From positions 23,312,001 to 23,376,000 of the forward strand of contig NC_047015.1 of assembly GCF_902652985.1 (NCBI RefSeq): a stretch of 64,000 bases of DNA. Direction: 5' to 3'. A program made the position numbers and the translations under genes. Positions 14,301 to 29,300 of the stretch are shown piece after piece; the stretch's first letter is position 1; every line of letters begins with the position of its first letter. Source of the stretch: Pecten maximus (taxonomy: Eukaryota). The notes beneath the pieces were generated by a model. It was not told the DNA's origin. It saw only the letters and a program-made list of their open reading frames with translations, and did not search any database.

Positions 14301-17300
14301 TGTCCATCCTCCCTATCACATAATGATGGTTCTTTACCAACTGATATACAGGGTAATATTCTCACCCAACACCTGTACAGGTGTGTAAACATCACAAAGC
14401 TTACTGAGAATCAGTCACTGTACCGACTGATATACAGGGTAATATTCTCACCCAACACCTGTACAGGTGTGTAAACATCACAAAGCTTACTGAGAATCAG
14501 TCACTGTACCGACTGATATACAGGGTAATATTCTCACCCAACACCTGTACAGGTGTGTAAACATCAGAAAGCTTGCTGAGAATCAGTTACTGTACCGACT
14601 GATAAACAGGGTAATATTCTCACCCAACACCTGTACAAGTGTGTAAACATCACAAAGCTTACTGAGAATCAGTTACTGTACCGACTGATAAACAGGGTAA
14701 TATTCTCACCCAACACCTGTACAAGTGTGTAAACATCACAAAGCTTGCTGAGAATAAGTCACTGTACCGACTGATAAACAGGGTAATATTCTCACCCAAC
14801 ACCTGTACAGGTGTGTAAACATCACAAAGCTTGCTGAGAATAAGTCACTGTACCGACTGATAAACAGGGTAATATTCTCACCCAACACCTGTACAGGTGT
14901 GTAAACATCACAAAGCTTGCTGAGAATAAGTCACTGTACCGACTGATATACAGGGTAATATTCTCACCCAACACCTGTACAAGTGTGTAAACATCACAAA
15001 GCTTGCTGAGAATAAGTCACTGTACTGACTGGGGCGTGATGTATACTACATAGGTCAATATCTGTTAACACCTGTACATGTAGCACACATCTGTTGGCTA
15101 TATTTCAGCAATGATTAACACAGGTCATTGATCTGGCTGTCACCAGTCAATCTCCTCTAGACACTTATGTACCCTACCTATAGATCGTATAATAGGTCAC
15201 CCTATTGAAATGTCTACCCTGACATACCGGATATATGTGATTGTCCTTAGTCACTTCTAATAATTATCAACATATGCTGGATTCAGATCACTAAACATAT
15301 CCTGGTTGTTTAGTTCTATTTTCATAAAATCTGCAGTTTCTAAGACCCAGGCATGGTCTGTATACATACAAATACAGGTCAAACACAAAAGGTGCTAGCT
15401 ATATAGTGCCCCTGAAAACCTTCATCCTAATGCTAATAAATATATATAACACCTAGTGCCTCAGGCAGTGTGTCATGTGACATCAGCTATTTTTTGTTGG
15501 TTCAGTGTTCAAAATTGACAAAAATGGTAACGCAATGTAAATATAAGTATTATGAACAAGGGTTTTAATGTCAGCAAAATATCTGGTGGGCTAATAATTC
15601 TGGTAGGTCAAACCTACTGGGTCTACAGTGTCACACTGTTAATGAACCTTGTCAGAAGGGCAAAATATTTGCTGGTTTTACATTTCCAGTACCTTAAAAT
15701 ATAACCCATCAAATAAATACTGTGAATATGCATGTATTATGATTTCTAATAAAGAGTTCTGGAATGTGGTGTCGTGGTGTGTGTCCCATGTCTACAGAAC
15801 TGTGTCATGGTGAGTGTCCCATGTCTACAGACATGTGTTGTAGTGTGTCCCTTGTCTACAGACATGTGTTGTGGTGTGTGTCTACAGACATGTGTTGTGG
15901 TGAGTGTCCCATGTCTACAGACATGTGTTGTGGTGTGTGTCCCCTGTCTACAGACATGTGTTGTGGTGTGTGTCCCATGTCTACAGACATGTGTTGTGGT
16001 GAGTGTCCCCTGTCTACAGACATGTGTTGTGGTGTGTGTCCCCTGTCTACAGACATGTGTTGTAGTGTGTCCCTTGTCTACAGACATGTGTTGTGGTGTG
16101 TGTCTACAGACATGTGTTGTGGTGTGTGTCCCATGTCTACAGACATGTGTTGTGGTGTGTGTCCTCTGCCTACAGACATGTGTTGTGGTGTTGTGGTGTG
16201 TGTCTACAGACATGTGTTGTGGTGTGTGTCCCCTGTCTACAGACATGTGTTGTGGTGTTGTGGTGTGTGTCTACAGACATGTGTTGTGGTGAGTGTCCCA
16301 TGTCTACAGACATGTGTTGTGGTGTGTGTCCCCTGTCTACAGACATGTGTTGTGGTGTGTGTCTACAGACATGTGTTGTGTTGTGTGTCTACAGACATGT
16401 GTTCTGGTGTGTGTCCCCTGTCTACAGACATGTGTTGTGGTGTGTGTCTACAGACATGTGTTGTGGTGTGTGTCTACAGACATGTGTTGTGGTGTGTGTC
16501 TACAGACATGTGTTGTGGTGTGTGTCTACAGACATGTGTTCTGGTGTGTGTCCCCTGTCTACAGACATATGTTGTGGTGTTGTGGTGTGCGTCTACAGAC
16601 ATGTGTTGTGGTGTTGTGGTGTGTGTCTATAGACATGTGTTGTGTGTCTATAGACATGTGTTGTGGTGTGTGTCTACAGACATGTGTTGTGGTGTGTGTC
16701 TACAGACATGTGTTCTGGTGTATGTCCCATGTCTACAGACATGTGTTGTGGTGTGTGTCTATAGACATGTGTTGTGGTGTGTGTCTACAGACATGTGTTG
16801 TGGTGTGTGTCTACAGACATGTGTTCTGGTGTGTGTCCCCTGTCTACAGACATGTGTTGTGTTGTGTGTCTACAGACATGTGTTGTGGTGTGTGTCCCCT
16901 GTCTACAGACATGTGTTGTGGTGTGTGTCCTCTGTCTACAGACATGTGTTGTGGTGTGTGTCCTCTGCCTACAGACATGTGTTGTGGTGTGTGTCCCCTG
17001 TCTACAGACATGTGTTGTGGTGTGTGTCCTCTGCCTACAGACATGTGTTGTGGTGTGTGTCCCCTGTCTACAGACATGTGTTGTGGTGTGTGTCCCCTGT
17101 CTACAGACATGTGTTGTGGTGTGTGTCCTCTGTCTACAGACATGTGTTGTGGTGTGTGTCCTCTGCCTACAGACATGTGTTGTGGTGTGTGTCCCCTGTC
17201 TACAGACATGTGTTCTGGTGTGTGTCCCCTGTCTACAGACATGTGTTCTGGTGTGTGTCCTCTGTCTACAGACATGTGTTGTGGTGTGTGTCCTCTGCCT

Positions 17301-20300
17301 ACAGACATGTGTTGTGGTGTGTGTCCCCTGTCTACAGACATGTGTTCTGGTGTGTGTCCTCTGCCTACAGACATGTGTTCTGGTGTGTGTCCTCTGTCAT
17401 GTGTTCCAGGGTCTGGTTCCACTTTATTACATGTTCTGGGTATTTTCTTCCTATACAGGTTATGGTGCTTGTTATCCATCCCTATAGCCTGATGGCTGTT
17501 AGTCCCATGTTGCTATATACACATCAATTTGTGGACCATCAACCCTTACCAGTGTAGAAGACAATTATTGACCAATATTCAGGTCAACCCTGTATAACCA
17601 GCCAGAGGATAATGACCTATATTTCTGTGTCTGGCCTCTGAACCTTTCTACAGGATTAATAGTGTACTGTCCCAATTTTTTTCAATAGATGCCCCTCTGT
17701 GTACTGTTTTCTTCCCTTTATTTGACAACACAATCCATATAGAGGATCTATATAAGTGGTTACCCCGTATGTGATATGGAGATTATTGAACGAGTCTAAT
17801 AATTCCACATTAAAAAAACTTGAGTGTAAGACTCTGTATATCATGTAACTCATATTTTTGAAAATATTATATAAGTACCTTACTGTATTTAAGACATGGT
17901 AATATTACATGGTAGAATAGAACAGTTATGTGATATGTGTTTTGACTAGGAATAGGTGAATTACTGTATATATATATATACAATGGGAAGCACGCCACAA
18001 CATAATCAGACAGTAATGTGACCATCTGTAGTAGTCAGTCTAACACCTGGATTCCTTGATAACAATAAAAAACAGAAGGGTAACACCTGCATCACAGTCC
18101 CTTTTGATGATGTCAGAGTCTGAAGTTGATGAATTGTGCTCAATTCCGTAAGACGTACCACAACCACACAAAAAGTCCTAAAGAGTCAAACAGTGTAAAA
18201 CTATACAGGACTCATTTGGAGCTAAAGTAAGGATTGATGTTGACTGATAGACTGTAAAGTGAGAATCTCTGTTCATGTTTAGAAGGTACCTGACACACAG
18301 AAAATTAATATATTCTCTGGGGCATAGATAGAGGGACCAACCAACTTCCATGGCATAGATAGATGTAGGAATAACCGACCTCTAAGGCACACATTGAGAG
18401 AACAACCAACCTTCTCTTAAGGCATAGACAGAGGGAACAACAAACATCAAAGGAATTAGTAGTGGAATAAACCAACCTTCTCTTAGATAGAGGGAACAAC
18501 CAACCTTCTCTTAGATAGAGGGAACAACCAACCTTATGAGGGAACAACCAACCTTATGAGGGAACAACCAACCTTATGAGGGAACAACCAACCTTCTCTA
18601 AGATAGAGGTAACAACCAACCTTCTCTAAGATAGAGGTAACAACCAACCTTCTCTAAGATAGAGGTAACAACCAACCTTATGAGGGAACAACCAACCTTC
18701 TCTAAGATAGAGGGAACAACCAACCTTCTCTGAAACAGAGGTAACAACCAACCTTATGAGGGAACAACCAACCTTCTCTAAGACAGAGGGAACAACCAAC
18801 CTTCTCTAAGATAGAGGTAACAACCAACCTTCTCTAAGACAGAGGGAACAACCAACCTTCTCTAAGATAGAGGTAACAACCAACCTTCTCTAAGACAGAG
18901 GGAACAACCAACCTTCTCTAAGACAGAGGGAACAACCAACCTTCTCTAAGACAGAGGGAACAACCAACCTTCTCTAAGACAGAGGGAACAACCAACCTTC
19001 TCTAAGACAGAGGGAACAACCAACCTTCTCTTAGATAGAGGGAACAACCAACCTTCTCTGATGTAATACAGTTGAACTTCCCTAACCGATCATGCACAGC
19101 ACATGGATTTTTGGCCAGGTTGGTGAGGGTTCAGTTTTGAAAAGTGATCCATTTTGAAGAGTCAGGATCCGGATATAATATTGATTGGATGACAATTCAT
19201 ATTTTTGAAGTGTTAATATTATGGACAAAGGTGTGCCGGCATATAGTCAACAAGGAAACAAAAGCACTGCCAATGTGGACAGAGGTGAAACAGGTAAACA
19301 GGAGGAAAGTAAATACATGAGAGGCAATGCCAAATTTAAGGAAAATAAACATACATCAGTTACCTCAAATACCTATGTTCCCTGTGTTAAATACCTGTGT
19401 TCCCGATGTTAAATACCTGTGTTCCCGATGTTAAATACCTGTGTTCCCGATGTTAAATACCTGTGTTCCCAGTGTTAAATACCTATGTTCCCAGTGTTAA
19501 ATACCTGTGTTCCCGATGTTAAATACATGTGTTCCTGATGTTAAATACCTGTGTTCCCTGTGTTAAATATCTGTGTTCCCTGTGTTAAATACCTGTATTC
19601 CTCGTGATGAATACTTGTGTTCCCTGTGTTAAATACCTGTGTTCCCCATGTTAAATACCTGTGGTCCCCATGTTAAATACCCATGTTCCCCGTGATGAAT
19701 ACCTGTGTTCCCTGTGTTCCCTGTGTTAAATATCTGTGTTCCCTGTGTTAAATACCTGTATTCCTCGTGATGAATACTTGTGTTCCCAATGTTAAATACC
19801 TGTATTCCCTGTGTTAAATACCTGTGTTCCCAATGTTAATACATGTGTTCCCTGTGTTAAATACCTGTGTTCCCTGTGTTAAATACCTGCAGTGATGGAT
19901 ACAGAAAATTGTGTAACTGAGGGTATGCCCCCATCAAATTGAAAAAGATGGGGGCTCTTGATCATGACTATAAAATTGGATCTGTTTTAAAGTACTATTA
20001 CATTTTAAGAATGACTTATTGCATCATTTCCTTTAAATAATTGCTATTCATAGCTGCTGAAAACAATTTATTTGGTACAATAAAACTTGGCAATAACAGT
20101 TTCTTTATATGCAGAACTTTTAAAAGAAAGACTGAATATCATATGCTAACAGATTTTTTTCATTCGGAAAATGATCAAACAAAAATTGATGTTAATGTAT
20201 AATGAACATCAAACTAGATCTACATGGAAATCATGTTTTCGTTGGTTTTTTTGTTTTGCAGAATGTTCCTTATTCGTATCTTTTCTTGTTGTGTCCGCTG

Positions 20301-23300
20301 CTGTGTCTTTATAATGTTCGGTGTTTTTATCAGGCCTACTCTCTACATCATGATCATGATGATTCTAAAGAAACGTTATATTTCTTTATGTGTGGAGGTG
20401 GCTTTTGCCATGTTTGGGTTATTAAAGGTCACATAAGCGCTTGGATTTTCGTCATATTTTTAAGCGTTCTTGCGACTCAAGGGGAGTAACTCTAATTACG
20501 ACTTCCGCCTAAATCATGTTTGTTGTAAAGACGACACCAAAACGGTATTGTACTTACTATAATTTCGTTTGATTGATAGAAACATGTTTAAAAATATTAT
20601 TAAACACATCTTGTACCCGCGTTATGTTGATACATATGCGGGTCACACTAGTGTTTTTGCGTGAATTGGCCCCCACTTATATTCTGCAAGTGGGGGCAAA
20701 ACGTAAATTTAGGGGGATTTTAACGATCCCGCGCCCTGGATCTTTCACTGTACCTGTGTTCCCCATGTTAAATACCTGTGTTCCCCGTGATGAATACCTG
20801 TGTTCCCTGTGTTAAATACCTGTGTTCCCCATGTTAAATACCTATGTTCCCCGTGATGAATACCTGTGTTCCCTGTGTTAAATACCTGTGTTCCCCATGT
20901 TAATACCTGTGTTCCCTGTGTTAAATACCTGTATTCCTCGTGATGAATACTTGTGTTCCCAATGTTAAATACCTGTGTTCCCCATGTTAAATACCTGTGT
21001 TCCCCATGTTAAATACCTGTGTTCCCTGTGTTAAATACCTGTGTTCCCCATGTTAAATACATGTGTTCCTGATGTTAAATACCTGTGTTCCCCATGTTAA
21101 ATACCTGTGTTCCCCGTGATGAATACCTGTGTTCCCCATGTTAAATACCTGTGTTCCCCATGTTAAATACCCATGTTCCCCGTGATGAATACCTGTGTTC
21201 CCCATGTTAAATACCTGTGTTCCCCATGTTAAATACCTGTGTTCCCCGTGATGAATACCTGTGTTCCCTGTGTTAAATATCTCTGTTCCCTGTGTTAAAT
21301 ACCTCTATTCCCTGTGTCAAATAAAATTTCATTTCCCCAGAAGATTATCTAGTGACCTTTCAGGAAACCTAGCTAATGATCTTTATTACAAGTACATAAT
21401 CCAGAGAACTTTATTCCAAGAAAACAATCAAGTGACCTTTATTCCACGAAGATAATTCAGTGACTGGTTTTCCAAACAGGAAACCTAATGAGCTTCATTA
21501 TAAGTATAAATGTTATCAGGTATAAGTAGAGTGACAGAACAAGAGATAAAGGAAAACATGGGGTGGCTGTAATGACAAGGACTCACCTGTAGACAGATGA
21601 TATCTGCAGCACAATGTTTGATCTCCTCCATGATGCCCTTCTTCCTGTACTCCCAGTTGAGGGCCCATGAGGGGCAGTACCCGTACAGCTGTCTTGTGCA
21701 GTATTTATCACAAAGTACATTGTAGCACATCACAGTGAAGATGGCTGCAACATAAACAATAGATATAAATGTCATGGGTAGCATAAAATCATTGAATTGT
21801 ACACATGAACAGAACTACTGTATTATTACTTTGACATACCAGTCACTGGTAACTACAGTATAGTTTGACATACCAGTCACTGGTAAATACTGTATTCTTA
21901 CTTTGACATACCAGTCACTGGAAACTACGGTATTCTTACTTTGACATACTAGTCACTGGTAACTACAGTATTCTTACATTGACATCGTGTTTTATTATCA
22001 TTATTTTTTTGTTGTTATTTTTTCTGCAGACCAGGTACTATTTTTAATGGCAGACGTATAATTACTCATGGAATATTTTTAATGAGTGTCGACCATTTCA
22101 AGTTAATAGACCTATCTTAAAATTGTAATATTTTAATAAATAATTAAATTTGTTTTCATTTCATAAAAACTTCTAGACTCATTTCATAAAATCTCATATG
22201 AAATGAAAACTCATTTAAGATCCTATATGTGTATGGTTTCATTCAGGTATCTGCAACAACTACTAAGTTAAACCCAAAACATGGTGTTATTGACCAGATT
22301 TGGCATATGACCATAAACTGTAACCTTGTCTATGACCTCATGAATGTATATATATATAGATATGTATTTTATATGGTAGAGGTCTATAATAACAAACAAA
22401 TAGAAAGCTGGAACTAGAATCTGAAAAGTTGAATGTGAGTTAAGGCTGTAGGTTCCTAGATTTGTTTATGCTGTGGTATAAACCACACCTTTTAACCTTG
22501 AACAGATTTATACATTATAGATAGTGTGAAGGAATTCATCACTGTACATACTGTACACAGATATCCTTTACTGTAAGGTATATCAATACACGCTATCAGG
22601 CATTCATTAGCAATGAAACAAAGGTAATACATAATGCTTGCTTATTTTTTACTGACCCCGATAGGTTGTTAAAGGGACAAAAAATTACCTGATCTGTGTG
22701 GTCAGTGTAAGGAAGGTCAAGTGATTTAACTGACCATCAAGCAATAAACAGTAGGACTACATGCCTAATTTATCCTGTACTCTGTCCAGTCACTATATAC
22801 ATTAACCAAACAAGGAAAATCGGTAACACTGAAAGCAGATATCAAAATACTTATATTACACCCATACAGGTCTTTGCCCTTAAGCATGATCAGTACATCA
22901 GAAACTTAGTGTCAGTATATATGTAGATATTATTATATGTAGTGTCAGTATATATGTAGATATTATTATATGTAGTGTCAGTATATATGTAGATATTATT
23001 ATATGTAGTGTCAGTATATATGTAGATATTATTATATGTTGTGTCAGTATATATGTAGATAATATTATATGTTGTGTCAGTATATATGTAGATATTATTA
23101 TATGTAGTGTCAGTATATATGTAGATATTATTATATGTTGTGTCAGTATATATGTAGATAATATTATATGTTGTGTCAGTATATATGTAGATATTATTAT
23201 ATGTAGTGTCAGTATATATGTAGATATTATTATATGTAGTGTCATGACAGTATATATGTAGTTATTATTATATGTTGTGTCAGTATATATGTAGATAATA

Positions 23301-26300
23301 TTATATGTTGTGTCAGTATATATGTAGATATTATTATATGTAGTGTCAGTATATATGTAGTTATTATTATATGTTGTGTCAGTATATATGTAGATATTAT
23401 TATATGTTGTGTCAGTATATATGTAGATAATATTATATGTAGTGTCAGTATATATGTAGATATTATTATATGTAGTGTCAGTATATATGTAGATAATATT
23501 ATATGTAGTGTCAGTATATATGTAGTTATTATTATATGTTGTGTCAGTATATATGTAGATAATATTATATGTAGTGTCAGTATATATGTAGATAATATTA
23601 TATGTTGTGTCAGTATATATGTAGATAATATTATATGTAGTGTCAGTATATATGTAGTTATTATTATATGTTGTGTCAGTATATATGTAGATAATATTAT
23701 ATGTTGTGTCAGTATATATGTAGATAATATTATATGTTGTGTCAGTATAAATGTAGATATTATCAATGTTATCTTGTTTACTGTTTTGTATTCAATGCTA
23801 TTAGTTACCATAAAGGTAACAAGCCTTCTTTAACTCAGTACCTATAACACAAATCCGTACCTACACAAATCCGTACCTATAACACAAATCCCTACGATAT
23901 ACCTATAACACAAATTGTAAGTGCGTCAATACCACTGGCACTGACTGCACACATACACACACATATACAGTTATGTACCACTGGCACTGACTGCACACAT
24001 ACACACACACACATATACAGTTATGTATGTAGGTAAGGCTTACAGCAAGCTGTATCCTTTATATCTACCAGGGTATGTAGTTTTAATCTGTGATATAATG
24101 AACAAAGGATGTGAAAAGGTATGGGGTCAACTAACAGACCACTTGTGTTCTCTCTGGGTAAAAATACTACAGTTTCCTCATGATCAAACAGAGAACTCCT
24201 TGCATCCCGACCAACAAAAGTGATTAATAATTACAAACTGATATATAGCTTGTGTCACAATCGTTTCCAAAGTTGATAAAGTTTCTTCTTTAAATTTTAT
24301 AGAAAGCTACCAGTATATTCAAACGGCAACAATTCCAAGGCCAAGGGAATTAAGATTGCTATTTTGGTGTTCAGGACAGTTCCCCCATGTCATAATTGAA
24401 ATAACATAGAATTACATTTGTATACATTTGTTACTTCTATAATTTGATGACATAAAATATATTTCAATAATTTTTCTTTTAACTCTTCCATATGAATTTT
24501 GATATTTATCTTGTTGATAGTCTCTTTTATAGAACCCTAAGACCCAACACCACTGAACTGAATCGTTTAATTAATGGTCATTCATTTACTTCATTGAGCC
24601 AATACAGCACTTCCTGATTTAAATTGTTCATTAAGATTTATAACACTATGGCTGTGTACAGAGTTCTGAGATCCCTTCTGATGAAACAAAGATGTGTTTG
24701 AATTGTGATCATATTATTCTCCTCCATATCCTCATCCCATATAGCTGTCACCCTCCATATCCTCATCCCATATAGCTGTCACCCTCCATATCCTCATCCC
24801 ATATAGCTGTCAGCCACTATATCCTCATCCCATATAGCTGTCACCCTCTATATCCTCATCCCAAATAGGTGTCACCCACCATATCCTCATCCCATATAGC
24901 TGTCACCCTCCATATCCTCATCCCATATAGCTGTCACCCTCCATATCCTCATCTCATATAGCTGTCACCCTCCATATCCTCATCCCATATAGCTGTCACC
25001 CTCCATATCCTCATCCCATATAGTTGTCACCCTCCATATCCTCATCCCATAAAGCTGTCACCCTCCATATCCTCATCCCATATAGCTGTCACCCTCCATA
25101 TCCTCATCCCATATAGCTGTCACCCTCCATATCCTCATACCATATAGCTGTCACCCTCCATATCCTCATTCCATATAGCTGTCACCCTCCATACCTCATC
25201 CCATGTAACTATCACCCTCCTTATCCTCATCCCATAAAGCTGTCACCCTCCATATCCTCATCCCATATAGCTGTCACCCTCCATATCCTCATCCCATAAA
25301 GCTGTCACCCTCCATATCCTCATCCCATATAGCTGTCACCCTCCATATCCTCATCCCATATAGCTGTCACCCTCCATATCCTCATCCCATATAGCTGTCA
25401 CCCTCCATATCCTCATACCATATAGCTGTCACCCTCCATATCCTCATACCATATAGCTGTTACCCACCATATCCTCATCCCATATAGCTGTCACCCTCCA
25501 TATCTCATCCCATGTAACTATCACCCTCCATATCCTCATCCCATATAGCTGTCACCCTCCATATCCTCATCCCATATAGCTGTCACCCTCCATATCCTCA
25601 TTCCATATAGCTGTCACCCTCCATACCTCATCCTATGTAACTATCACCCTCCTTATCCTCATTTCATAGTATCTGTCACCCTCCATATTCTCTATATTCT
25701 CTTTCCATAATATAGATGTCACCTTCCATAATTTCATCCCATATAGCATCCCTACACTTTCTACAGTGTGAACCTCCCATCCCTTGTCAGAATTCTCCTG
25801 TAAGTGTAATAGTATGCCCTGCACCCATTATTCTCTATTTCAGAAAAACCAATAAGGACTAATTCTATTGCCTCAATATTTTAATAGTCTTAACACATTA
25901 GAAACTTCTGATGTAAGCTGACACAAATCATTATCACACAGAACTAGCGGTGACAGCATTGTCCCACAGTTGGGAGTATTAATGTGTTTGAACTTAAAAG
26001 ACCTGTACAACAGCTTATGTTTGACCTTAAATGACCTGTACAACAGTTTATGTTTGACCTTAAATGACCTGTACAGCAGCTTATGTTTGACCTTAAATGA
26101 CCTGTACAACAGTTTATGTTTGACCTTAAATGACCTGTACAGCAGCTTATGTTTGACATTAAATGACCTGTACAACAGTTTATGTTTGACCTTAAATGAC
26201 CTGTACATCAGCTTATGTTTGACCTTAAATGAACTGTACAGAAGCTTATGTTTGACCTTAATGACCTGTACAACATCCTACAGTGTACCCTATGTAGCTT

Positions 26301-29300
26301 TGAAGTCCCACTGGTAACACCTGACAGACTCTGTACCTAAATACCTCCTTTCTCATACCTCTTCTAGCCCAACCCTTCACTCCATAAACTGACACAGATT
26401 TAAATATGACCTCACCACTTCCAGCCTCATGCGGTGGTTATCATGTAGGACTATTAATTACATAAAAACATGTAAGCCTAAAACTCTGTGTGTGTGTGTA
26501 ACCATTGTAGGTTAATAGATTACTGGTGTACATCCTCACCAACCTCTCCACTTGTCAGTGTTTTCCTGCAAACCATTATAGAGTTTTATTAAGCTGCCAG
26601 TCAAAGTCAACATTGTTGCAAATTCCTAAAATTCTTGAATAATTTTTGTTGCTTTGCCATAAAAAACAAGCATTCCCATAAAAACTATTTACACTCCCCC
26701 ATTAGATAATGTTTAAAATGTATTCTGTACCAAAAGAAACCACTAATTACAGAATAAAATGTCATCAGGTCTTTTACTGTGCATCACAACAGGCTAATTA
26801 TCATCAAATATTGTTGTGTTCTAAATTATCCAAGGTTTATAAATTTCCTTGATTTGATATCTGCATATGTATATGGTTTTTTCATAAGATTTTTTCTAGA
26901 TTATTTAGTGGCAATATATATATATATAAAAAAGAAAGAAAAACATTCTGTCCAAAACATTTGAATTACATTTCTATGTAAAATATATGTACATGTACAT
27001 ATAAAGGTGATGATCATGATATGACTGTTTCTCAGTGGGTTTAATTTCTGGCTACCTCATCATGTGGAACTGCATAATGACAGTGACTATACCCTCCAGC
27101 CATATCTGTCCTCTTGGCCAGAGCTAGTGTAATGACCATCAAACCAAGAATGTAAGGGTTAACATTCCAATGCCATAAAACTGTACCCTGAACACACCCC
27201 ACATCAGTTAGGCCATCTGTAATATCACTGTAGTTTTGACATGGTTTGACACCTCAAATAATCGTCACTAGATTTCATCTCTAAGGATATCACCTGCTTT
27301 TCGTGATGATATATATAGAAAGTTTGTGGTGCATCCCCACAGCTACAATATCATCACCGGATCACCGTCTGGTATGTTAATTATGCTCCTCTACATTTTT
27401 TGTAACCTTTTTTTCTTTATGTTTGATGTTTTCAATAGACTGTGTGTATGTTTTATGTGAATGTAAAAAAAAAAATAAAAAAATCAGTCAACAAAATAAA
27501 TAGTTGAATAAAACATTCCTCATATAAAAAATGTAATTTCAAATTAACTGAAAACTCTGTTGAAATGTGCATAAGGGGTATCAGTATATAAAATAAATTC
27601 AACATTAATTTGATAATCATTATCATTACACATAGCAATTATACACCTAACACCATTGAATTGACAAAACCTATTTATAAAACCCAACTTTTTTTGTTTA
27701 AGCAACAGGAAGCAATCCCACACTCCCTTCGCCACCTACTCCCAGATGACTGTAGTGACCATGTGTTGCATGGCTACACCTCAAAATATATGTGCATGCC
27801 TACAATTTGTTTTGACCCTGACAAGAATTGTTGAATAACACAGCTTATCCTAATTGCATCTGCTCTCAATCCTGACTACATGTAAACCCAGTCCATGACC
27901 CTGCTGCACCTGTATACCACAGGAAACAACCTGAACCAAGCAGCTCAGTACAGGCCAGATTAGACACATCGCATTATAACATCAAATATAGTAATAATCT
28001 GAGATGGGATTATTGTTATGTTGTATGTTATGTTCTAAATCAATACTTTTACTGTATTCAAGCTATCAAAATAATGAGTCACCATTGAACTTTTTGTGTT
28101 TTTGATTCATGCCATTAAATATTCCTGACCTTGGCACAGAGGACAGTTGATATACAAATGTATACTGTTTGTATACTCCTGACCTTGACTGAGAGGACAG
28201 TTGATATACAAATGTATACTGCTTGTATACTCCTGACCTTGACTGAGAGGACAGTTGATATACAAATGTATACTGCTTGTATACTCCTGACCTTGACTGA
28301 GAGGACAGTTGATATACAAATGTATACTTTGTATACTCCTGACGTTGACTGAGAGGACAGTTGATATACAAATGTATACTTTGTATACTCCTGACCTTGA
28401 CTGAGAGGACAGTTGATATACAAATGTATACTGTTTGTATACTCCTGACCTTGACTGAGAGGACAGTTGATATACAAATGTATACTGTTTGTATACTCCT
28501 GACCTTGACTGAGAGGACAGTTGATATACAAATGTATACTGTTCGTATATTAATGACCTTGATGAGAGGACAGTTGATATACAAATGTATACTTTGTATA
28601 CTCCTGACCTTGACTGAGAGGACAGTTGATATACAAATGTATACTGTTTGTATACTCCTGACCTTGACTGAGAGGACAGTTGATATACAAATGTATACTG
28701 TTTGTATACTCCTGACCTTGACTGAGAGGACAGTTGATATACAAATGTATACTGTTTTATTTTACACAATTTGTCCGAGAGGTATAACTAATATACAGAT
28801 GTTGCCTGAGAAGTATTTCTAACCTTGATCCAGGGGTACATATGATTTATATGTGTAGCAAGCTTTATTCTGAATGTCAAAAAACAAAAACAGCTTCTTC
28901 AGTTTTCTTGTTTCATTAATGTGTTTGTTAAAATAACTGCTGACTCTAGTAAAATTTAATCAACAAATATTTTTAAAATGCTAAGCATGACAACAGTCGT
29001 CGGTGCTTATATATAATATGAACACAGACAAATGCAAGGTAAGGGATGGGTGGTACAAACTTCAGAACCGTATCACGCATTTCATTAGTAACAATTTATC
29101 ATCTGTCAGATAGCTCTCCTCACAACTACCTACAGGCAGTATATATTTACCTTCACCCATTGCAGACCCATCAACATTAGATTAATCACAGCTTTAAAAC
29201 AATTCTAAGTTGTTTTTTAAAGTTTGCCTTATCTAAATTTACTCATGAAATTCAAATAATTGTAGGAGTGAACTAGTCTCTCACCTGTTGGTCTGTTCCT

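Noticed and set aside
15746-17557. 597-aa and other Cys/Val-rich ORFs resembling keratin-associated or metallothionein-like proteins
   Set aside because: They are translations of a stop-poor minisatellite, open in several frames at once, inside a CCR4 intron.
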